From positions 5,120,001 to 5,184,000 of the forward strand of contig OY781964.1 of NCBI GenBank assembly GCA_963677485.1: a stretch of DNA of 64,000 nt. The letters run 5' to 3'. This stretch comes from Armatimonadota bacterium. Its GTDB lineage: Bacteria > Armatimonadota > HRBIN16. The translations under genes were made by a program, and so were the position numbers. How positions within the stretch are numbered: the first letter of the stretch is position 1; each line of letters opens with the position of its first letter. This document shows, piece by piece, positions 57,042 to 64,000 of this stretch. Under the pieces are notes generated by a model that worked only from the letters and a program-made list of their open reading frames with translations, made no database searches and was not told where the DNA came from.

Positions 57042-59870
57042 TTACAGCTTGGCAGATATCTTGAACTGTATCTCCTGCTGCTCTGGCGGTGTGTTAGGCG
57101 GTAATGTGCCGTTATACTTGCTCATCACTGCATCCAGTTGCATCACGGTGCTCTTGCTGATCGGAGTTTTGAACACCAGCTTGTATGTAGACTGGTTGTT
57201 GGTGTACTGTCCGGCAGCCTCAAGCAGATTGTATCCGCCATTGAGTACTGAGTCCTTAGGAAGCCTCATCTCAAACCCTAATCCGGTGCTTCGGCTCATC
57301 ACTAAGGTCTGAACGTTCTTATTCAGCCCGTAGCTGCCAGTCAACAGAATCGAGTCCAGGTCAGCACTCAGCTTCGCCTCAGCGGTCTCTGTCAGTAGAA
57401 TCTTCCCCGCCGCATCCTCAGGATAGTGGATGTATGATCCGCTAAACACCAGAGCGCGTCCAGCCGCCAGTTTGAGCGTCAAGTTCAACGTGTCTGGCAG
57501 ATCCTGCCCGGTGGCTTTCCGCATCTTCTGGTATCCTGAGAACTCCACACCAGGCATTGGTGTCATACTCGCCTTCATGAGTTGCGTCGTCGTATATACG
57601 GCGTTGGCACCGACAGTTTGCACGCTGCTGGAAAGGTTCAGGTTCTTCGAAAGTTGCATCGACATGGATGCCGACTGGCTTAGGAAGTTGGCCGTTCCCA
57701 CCTGCTTGGTGCCGGTCGCTGCCTCAAACTGCATTCCAGTCGCCGGCTTAAGAACAAAGCCAACCTCTTGACTGATCTCATGAGCGGTCAGATCGCCCGT
57801 CTTCTCGGTGTAGGTCGTCTTGAGCCCCAGCGATTTACTGGGGTCTGACTGCACCTGCATCGAACGGGTGGTCATCGACTTCGCGTTCAATTCATCAAGA
57901 ATCAAGTCGGTCTTGACGGCAACTTTCTCACCAGGCTTGGTGCTGAGTTGCAGTGATGTTTTCACTGAGTTATTATCAAGGTCGTTGCGAGTTTGGTAGT
58001 CGTCTACCTTGCTCTCACGGAAGGTACTTGCGGTCGCATGTTTACCAAGGTCAAACACGCCAGTCAGCTTCAGGTTATTTGAATTGCTGATTCCTGTATC
58101 CCAGGCTTCGCGTGACACCATCAATTGTTCAGCACCGATGGAGCCGAACTTATTGCTCACATTGTACCGGGCCAATGTGGTCATCGCTTGAAGCACATCA
58201 CTGTCCTGCATCACCTGTTGCAGATAGGCGTTCTGGTCTTTACCACTCCAGGTGACGTTGGCCTGGTTAGTCATCATTCTGATGGCACCATCGTCATTGA
58301 TACTGTGAATCAAGCCGTAGGCCGTATTCTTACCATTCAGAGCGTATGCCACGTTACGTGTCTCAAGACTGAGCCCGTTCTTGTCGATGATCGACTCCAG
58401 GATATCAAGCTTACTGTTCTTCGCTGTATACCCGAAGATACTGGTGCGTGCATCGGTACGGACTGCGCCGTCATCTACCACCGTATTGATTAACTGCATG
58501 GATGTATTTTTGAAATTCATGGCCAATTGGCCACGAGAGTTCTCAAGTTCTACACCATTCTTGTCAGTCATAGTGGTGGCATAATCGAACTGACCATTCT
58601 TCAGCTTGTGCGCAAAGTTCGCAGTCTTCACATCGGTCGTGTTCGGTCCGTCATCCACATAGTTCTGGCCCAGTGACAGGTCGGAATTGAACAAGTGCAT
58701 GTTAAGAGACGACACGGTGTTCTCCAGCCTCGTTCCGTTCTTATCAGTCATCGTCGAGGCGTAATTTAACGCACCAAGCGAGAACTTCTGAGCAAGTTTC
58801 ATGATGTTGGTGTCAACGTTCGTCTTGCCATCGTTCGCGACGATGTTGTTGAAGCTAAGGTCTGTGTCCTTAACCTTGTAACCCAGCAGAGCGTTGGTGC
58901 TTTCCGTGACTAAACCTGAGGTATTACTACCCTGTGTAGAGGTGTAAGCCATCGAAGTGCTCTTGCCCTTCAGGTTCAACACGGTTTGATCAGTTGTCAG
59001 TGTGTTAGCACCGTCCTGAGCCTCCGTGCGGTTGAACCCCATGGCCACAGTCTGGTTAGGATTGAACGCCAAACCGAAGTTGCGGGTTTCCTTATCGGCT
59101 CCCCCGCTCTGATCCTGCGTTAAGCCAAGTACCGCACTCACAGCGGAAGTTGGAGTCAACTTCATGGCCAGTTTACGAACATCGGTACCGTCCGCTACAC
59201 CAAACATCGAACTGGACTTGAACTGGCTGCCGGTTTGCAGAAGCTCACCAGAGACTTCAGCAAAACCCACCTTGAAGCCACTTGAGAGCTTCATGGCAGT
59301 GGTATCGCCGGTCTTGTTGCTGTCCGAGCCTGCGCTCAACACAGTTCCTTTGAAGTTAAAGCCGTTCGCGCCGTTCAGTTCTGTCGCCACACCAAGCGCA
59401 CCATACCCGATAGCATTCGCTCCACCCTTACTGGTGAAGTTACCAACCAGGTTCAGCTTGCCGCTGCGCCCCTGTGTGATGAGCTGCTCCACAGGCACAC
59501 TGATCGTTCCGTCATTCTTGGCGGCACCGGGTGCCATATCATAACTGACTGTCGCATTTTCATTGGTGGATATGGGGCGCATAAACGCCAGCATACCAGT
59601 GCTGCAGTCAATCTTGTAGTCAATATCGCGCAAGAGGCGTTGCCCGCTTAAGGTCACCATCTCAGTTTTTTCTGTGATAGGTTTATACGAAAGCGCGTAC
59701 GGGCCCGACGAGTTGCGTCCGGGAACCCGGTCAACTATTCGAGAACTGCCAGTAGCCATCGTCATCTTCATCAATTCATCTGCACTAGACTGTGCAAATG
59801 CGCACACGGACAACACTCCCATAAGAGCGGTCAGTGCTAGTGTTGATGCTACTCGAATCCGTACATTCAT
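57042..59870 (-). CDS. Large secreted beta-strand-rich protein, putative outer membrane protein
   Basis: Signal peptide (…VCAFA), small N-domain GPYAL...EMVTLSGQRLLRDIDYKID..GMLAF, then about 800 aa of alternating amphipathic strands with 60-aa repeats; ends EIQFKISAKL. Confidence 0.65.
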   Translation of the reverse strand: MNVRIRVASTLALTALMGVLSVCAFAQSSADELMKMTMATGSSRIVDRVPGRNSSGPYALSYKPITEKTEMVTLSGQRLLRDIDYKIDCSTGMLAFMRPISTNENATVSYDMAPGAAKNDGTISVPVEQLITQGRSGKLNLVGNFTSKGGANAIGYGALGVATELNGANGFNFKGTVLSAGSDSNKTGDTTAMKLSSGFKVGFAEVSGELLQTGSQFKSSSMFGVADGTDVRKLAMKLTPTSAVSAVLGLTQDQSGGADKETRNFGLAFNPNQTVAMGFNRTEAQDGANTLTTDQTVLNLKGKSTSMAYTSTQGSNTSGLVTESTNALLGYKVKDTDLSFNNIVANDGKTNVDTNIMKLAQKFSLGALNYASTMTDKNGTRLENTVSSLNMHLFNSDLSLGQNYVDDGPNTTDVKTANFAHKLKNGQFDYATTMTDKNGVELENSRGQLAMNFKNTSMQLINTVVDDGAVRTDARTSIFGYTAKNSKLDILESIIDKNGLSLETRNVAYALNGKNTAYGLIHSINDDGAIRMMTNQANVTWSGKDQNAYLQQVMQDSDVLQAMTTLARYNVSNKFGSIGAEQLMVSREAWDTGISNSNNLKLTGVFDLGKHATASTFRESKVDDYQTRNDLDNNSVKTSLQLSTKPGEKVAVKTDLILDELNAKSMTTRSMQVQSDPSKSLGLKTTYTEKTGDLTAHEISQEVGFVLKPATGMQFEAATGTKQVGTANFLSQSASMSMQLSKNLNLSSSVQTVGANAVYTTTQLMKASMTPMPGVEFSGYQKMRKATGQDLPDTLNLTLKLAAGRALVFSGSYIHYPEDAAGKILLTETAEAKLSADLDSILLTGSYGLNKNVQTLVMSRSTGLGFEMRLPKDSVLNGGYNLLEAAGQYTNNQSTYKLVFKTPISKSTVMQLDAVMSKYNGTLPPNTPPEQQEIQFKISAKL

Positions 59871-60143
59871 GGTGAATCACCTCTCGACACTTACATTATA
59901 TATTGTGCAATGCACAAATGTGTCGAAAAACACAGTAAATATCAGTGAATTTCTTCACTATTTTTACTGCTACACTCACTAGACGAACTGAGCACGAAAA
60001 AGTTACCAAATAACAAGGATATTTGTAAATCGCTGCGGATGCCGCGGTTGCGTGACAGGCGGTTTCGAACAATACTATATTGGTAGCCTTGATCCATATC
60101 ATAGTACCTCTTGACAGCCCATATTTGCTCCAGGAGACTTAAT

Positions 60144-61643
60144 ATGCCTTCGATATTTCAGAAAAAGCCGCTCTCGGTATTGCTTCAAGAAGCTAATGAC
60201 GAGAAGCGACTACGAAGAGTATTGGGCCCATGGTCGCTCACTGCCCTTGGCATTGGCTGCATCATAGGTGCCGGTATCTTCGTTGTGACCGGAATGGTGG
60301 CCAGGGACATCACAGGGCCAGCCCTCATCGCCTCCTTTCTCGTCGCCGGCCTCGCCTGCGTGTTTGCCGCTATGTGCTGTGCCGAATTTGCATCACTTGC
60401 ACCAGTCGCTGGCTCTGCCTACACCTATGCCTACGCCTCTCTTGGTGAAATATGGGCTTGGATTATCGGCTGGGACCTGGTGCTTGAATACAGCGTGGCC
60501 GCGGCTTCTGTCGCAAACGCCTGGTCAGGTCACGTCCATGACCTGATGGCCATCGCCGGTTTGAAACTGCCTCAAGTGTTGATGAATACCCCATTCGCGG
60601 TTGATCCTTCCACTGGACACCTGGTATCAACTGGGTGCTGGCTTGATATTCTAGCGTTGGGCATCACACTCGCTCTCAGCGTGATCCTTGTGCTGGGCAT
60701 TAAAGAAAGTGCCCGGTTTAATGGCTTGATGGTGTTTATCAAGGTGGCTGTGGTGCTGTTTGTCATCATAGCTGGTATTCCCTACATCAACCCAGAGAAC
60801 TGGAAGCCATTTGCCCCATTTGGCTGGGGCGGCATCTCCATATTTGGCAAGCTGGTGTGGGGGCAGGTATCGACGCATGGATCACCGGTAGGCATGATGG
60901 CGGGTGCGGCGGTATTGTTCTTTGCGTTCATCGGATTTGACTCGGTATCAACCCATGCGGAGGAAGCCCGTAACCCACAACGTGACGTCCCCATCGGCAT
61001 CATCACCTCACTGGTAGTGGCCACCCTGCTGTATGTGGGTGTAGCGGCGGTGCTTACCGGCATCGTGCCGCATGATCAGATACCGGAAAAAGCGGCGATA
61101 GCCGCCATATTTGCGTCCAAAGGCCTCCCCTGGGCACGCGTTCTGGTGGATATCGGTGCCGTGGTTGGAATCACATCCGTGTTGATGGTGCTATTGCTCA
61201 GCCAGCCGCGCGTCTTGTTCGCCATGGCACGCGATGGGCTGCTTCCCCAGGGCTTCTTTGGGGCTGTCCACAGCAGATTCCGCACCCCTTACAAATCCAC
61301 CATTTTGACTGCCATCGTGGTGGGCATCATGAGCAGTGTGATACCTCTTAAGATACTATCGGAGCTGGTCAATATCGGCACCCTGCTGGCGTTCGTCATC
61401 GTGTGTGTATCTATACCCGTCATGCGTTACACACATCCTGATGCGAAGCGGGCTTTCCGCGTTCCAGGTTCGCCTGTGATACCCATTTTGGGTGTCCTAA
61501 CCTGCCTGGTGCTGATGTTCTCTCTACAGGCAGGCAACTGGTATCGCCTGATCATATGGCTGATCATCGGTATGGTTGTCTACTTCACCTACGGACGTAA
61601 ACACAGCCATATGAATAAGACATCCGTTCCTCTAGAGGACTGA
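60144..61643 (+). CDS. Amino acid permease (APC, cationic amino acid transporter-like)
   Basis: GIGCIIGAGIFV, AGSAYTY, FFAFIGFD, EEARNPQRD, MARDGLLP, NIGTL; start ATG 60144 with AGGAG RBS. Confidence 0.93.
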   Translation: MPSIFQKKPLSVLLQEANDEKRLRRVLGPWSLTALGIGCIIGAGIFVVTGMVARDITGPALIASFLVAGLACVFAAMCCAEFASLAPVAGSAYTYAYASLGEIWAWIIGWDLVLEYSVAAASVANAWSGHVHDLMAIAGLKLPQVLMNTPFAVDPSTGHLVSTGCWLDILALGITLALSVILVLGIKESARFNGLMVFIKVAVVLFVIIAGIPYINPENWKPFAPFGWGGISIFGKLVWGQVSTHGSPVGMMAGAAVLFFAFIGFDSVSTHAEEARNPQRDVPIGIITSLVVATLLYVGVAAVLTGIVPHDQIPEKAAIAAIFASKGLPWARVLVDIGAVVGITSVLMVLLLSQPRVLFAMARDGLLPQGFFGAVHSRFRTPYKSTILTAIVVGIMSSVIPLKILSELVNIGTLLAFVIVCVSIPVMRYTHPDAKRAFRVPGSPVIPILGVLTCLVLMFSLQAGNWYRLIIWLIIGMVVYFTYGRKHSHMNKTSVPLED

Positions 61644-61660
61644 TATTATCTACGTAAAAT

Positions 61661-61691
61661 GAGGCGATGAAGACAACCTGTCGCCTCTTTT
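61661..61691 (+). terminator. Probable terminator after the permease
   Basis: gaggcga...tcgcctc followed by TTTT; long loop. Confidence 0.5.
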
Positions 61692-61747
61692 GATAGGATA
61701 GTGATAGGCCGCATCATGTTATACGCAGCTATGGGAGAATACAGTTT

Positions 61748-62752
61748 TTGAGTTCCACCATCATTAAGGTTACCGATCTCAAGAAGGAATTTATCATCAA
61801 CAAACGGGAACCAGGCGTTGCTGCGGCCCTAAAAAGCCTAGTCAGCCGCGAGAAGACCAGCGTTGAGGCCGTGAAAGGTGTGTCGTTTAGTATAGAGGAA
61901 GGCGAATTGGTGGGGTTTCTGGGGCCCAACGGAGCCGGTAAGACGACCACTCTGAAGATGCTGTCAGGTATCCTGCACCCTTCATCGGGCCAAGCGACGG
62001 TGATGGGTTACACACCATGGCATCGCAATTCCAACTATCTTCGGCAGATGTCGATTGTGATGGGTCAGAAGATGCAGTTGTGGTGGGATTTGCCTGCATG
62101 GGAAAGCCTGCAGCTTCTCAGAACAGTCTATGATGTGGGTGATGGATTCGAGAAGCGTGTGGCTGACTTAGCCGATATGCTGGATATCACGCAAGTGCTG
62201 CACACACAGGTGCGCCGGTTGAGCCTGGGCGAGCGTATGAAATGCGAGTTGCTGGCGGCACTGCTCCATAGTCCGAAAGTGCTGTTCCTTGATGAACCGA
62301 CTATTGGTCTTGATGTGGTGTCTCAAAAACGCATCCGGGATTTCCTAAAACACTACAACACCGAAACAAAATCCACCATCATTTTAACTTCACATTACAT
62401 GCAGGATGTTCAAGAACTCTGCGAACGGGTCGTCATCATCGACCACGGTCAGATCGTGTTTGATGACAAACTTCAAGAACTGGTGGACCGGCACGGACAG
62501 ACGCGTCTCCTGACACTGACTTTCACCAAACCTGTGGAACTGGCGGATTTGCAACCTTATGGCCAGATCAAAAGCTACGATGGTGTCCGGGTCACCATCG
62601 AAACACAGCGTGCTGAGACCACACGGATCGCCGCAGCCGCACTGAACAGCTTGCCCATCGCCGACATACTGATTGACGAAGAAGAGATTGAAGACATCAT
62701 CCGCGATCTCTTCTTATCAACAGCCGACAGCACGGAAACAAACCAAGCTTAA
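61748..62752 (+). CDS. ABC-2 type transporter ATP-binding protein
   Basis: GPNGAGKTT, GQKMQLWWDLP, LSLGERMK, LDEPTIGLD, TSHYM. Confidence 0.92.
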   Translation: MSSTIIKVTDLKKEFIINKREPGVAAALKSLVSREKTSVEAVKGVSFSIEEGELVGFLGPNGAGKTTTLKMLSGILHPSSGQATVMGYTPWHRNSNYLRQMSIVMGQKMQLWWDLPAWESLQLLRTVYDVGDGFEKRVADLADMLDITQVLHTQVRRLSLGERMKCELLAALLHSPKVLFLDEPTIGLDVVSQKRIRDFLKHYNTETKSTIILTSHYMQDVQELCERVVIIDHGQIVFDDKLQELVDRHGQTRLLTLTFTKPVELADLQPYGQIKSYDGVRVTIETQRAETTRIAAAALNSLPIADILIDEEEIEDIIRDLFLSTADSTETNQA

Positions 62753-62798
62753 CCGACAGTATATCTTAAGGCCGATCTATAAAGGAGACACCAGCATA

Positions 62799-63725
62799 AT
62801 GAGTATGAAACCAGTCAAAGTTGTCGTCGTGGGAAGTGCGAACATCGATATGGTTGCGATCGGACAGCGTATTCCACAACCTGGCGAGACGCTTTTCGCT
62901 GAGAGCTTCATTAGTGTTCCCGGAGGTAAGGGTGCTAACCAGGCGGTCGCTGCCGCTCGATTGGGTGCAGACGTCAGTTTTGTAGCGTGCGTGGGCCAGG
63001 ACAGCTTCGGTGACGAGGCCATCAAGGGATATCAGGCGGAGAACATCGATTCAGACTCCATCGAGCAGCATCCATCGGCCCATACGGGTATCGCCTTAAT
63101 CAATGTCGATGCTGACGGACGCAACTCCATCATGGTAGCCCCTGGTGCCAACGAACACCTTTCGGTGGAGCTGGTAGAACGCTATGAGCAGCTCATCTCT
63201 GAAGCTGATATTCTGGTGCTCCAACTTGAGATACCAGTCGAATCGGTCAGACAATGCCTTCAACTAGCCCAAAAGCACTCCACCCCCGTGTTGTTGAACC
63301 CAGCACCTGTAAAGCCGGTGGACATGGAGCTGCTCTCCATGGCTAGCGTGTTGACCCCTAACGAATTTGAGCTTCTTGAGCTGTTACATGCCAGCGAGTC
63401 CACGACAGAAGAAGTTGCTGCGAAGCGGATGCATGAGCTTACCAAGGCGACTATCGTGGTGACCTTGGGCAAACGCGGCGTTCTTTTGTGCGATCAGGCT
63501 GGACTGAAGCCAATGACAGCGCGTATAGTAAACGCTGTGGACAGCACGGGAGCAGGAGACTGTTTCAGTGGTGCATTAGCTGTTAAACTAGCAGAGGGAG
63601 CGTCTCTGCCGGTCGCAGTGTCATTTGCGCAAGCCGCAGCCGCTCTATCGGTCACGCGTTTAGGTGCTCAAGCCAGTATGCCTACGCGTGAGGAAGTAGA
63701 TGCATTCATAGCAGAGGCATCTTGA
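62799..63725 (+). CDS. rbsK: Ribokinase (PfkB family)
   Basis: VVVGSANIDM, PGGKGANQAVAAARLG, LQLEIP, LNPAP, PNEFE, DSTGAGDCF; start set at ATG 62799 behind AAGGAG. Confidence 0.9.
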   Translation: MSMKPVKVVVVGSANIDMVAIGQRIPQPGETLFAESFISVPGGKGANQAVAAARLGADVSFVACVGQDSFGDEAIKGYQAENIDSDSIEQHPSAHTGIALINVDADGRNSIMVAPGANEHLSVELVERYEQLISEADILVLQLEIPVESVRQCLQLAQKHSTPVLLNPAPVKPVDMELLSMASVLTPNEFELLELLHASESTTEEVAAKRMHELTKATIVVTLGKRGVLLCDQAGLKPMTARIVNAVDSTGAGDCFSGALAVKLAEGASLPVAVSFAQAAAALSVTRLGAQASMPTREEVDAFIAEAS

Positions 63726-63767
63726 CCAGGTATTATCAATACACCTAAACATAAGGGAAGGAAAATC

Positions 63768-64000
63768 ATGACCATCAGGTTTACTACCATCGCTACCGGA
63801 CTCACCCTGATCGCAGTTTCTGCAATCAGCGTTGCAGCTTTTTCTGCTCCTGCAGCCAAGGCTAAAGCTCCTGCTAATGCGGCCGCATCCGTGAATGGTG
63901 CCATCATCACCAAGGCTGAGGTGTCTAAGGCTACTCAGGATTGGCGATCAGGCCAGGTTCTAGATGAGCTGATCCGCTTCCGTATGATCGATCAAGCGGC
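63768..64000 (+). CDS. Secreted SurA/PrsA-like foldase, N-terminal fragment (truncated by window end)
   Basis: MTIRFTTIATGLTLIAVSAISVAAFSAPAAK...AASVNGAIITKAEV...GQVLDELI...MIDQA, signal peptide plus SurA_N-like pattern. Confidence 0.6.
   Translation, partial: MTIRFTTIATGLTLIAVSAISVAAFSAPAAKAKAPANAAASVNGAIITKAEVSKATQDWRSGQVLDELIRFRMIDQA

Overview
Bacterial chromosomal window of about 47 genes, mostly core and envelope functions. It combines Gram-positive-type genes (ClpC, LCP, Hanks kinase, short GyrB) with outer-membrane machinery (TolC, Wza-like, LolA-like, large beta-rich protein). This suggests a diderm Terrabacteria lineage, possibly Armatimonadota (inference only). In order it contains: the 3' end of glnA, two tandem GH129-like glycosidases, GH110-like and GH57 enzymes, clpC, ilvE, htpX, xseAB, a NIL-metX-ABC operon, an exopolysaccharide locus with polyprenyl-phosphoribose genes, gyrB, clpB, an addB-like/HIT/UDG/vWA/J-FHA/PP2C operon with a divergent Ser/Thr kinase and LCP gene, a GH5-like enzyme, alr, a TetR-TolC-MFP-RND operon, DeoR with a fused E1 dehydrogenase, a PmbA-like gene, a 942-aa beta-repeat protein, an APC permease, an ABC ATPase and rbsK. 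No tRNA, rRNA, CRISPR array, transposase or phage gene was seen. The best candidate for an undescribed system is the vWA + J-like/Zn-ribbon/2xFHA + PP2C + atypical kinase module, whose proteins share repeated (E/Q/S)RT-x-x Thr motifs resembling FHA-binding phosphosites. Other highlights are nested REP/MITE-like mosaics, the 60-aa-periodic beta protein and tandem HAIR-like dyads at clpB. All family calls come from motif recognition by eye, not database searches.
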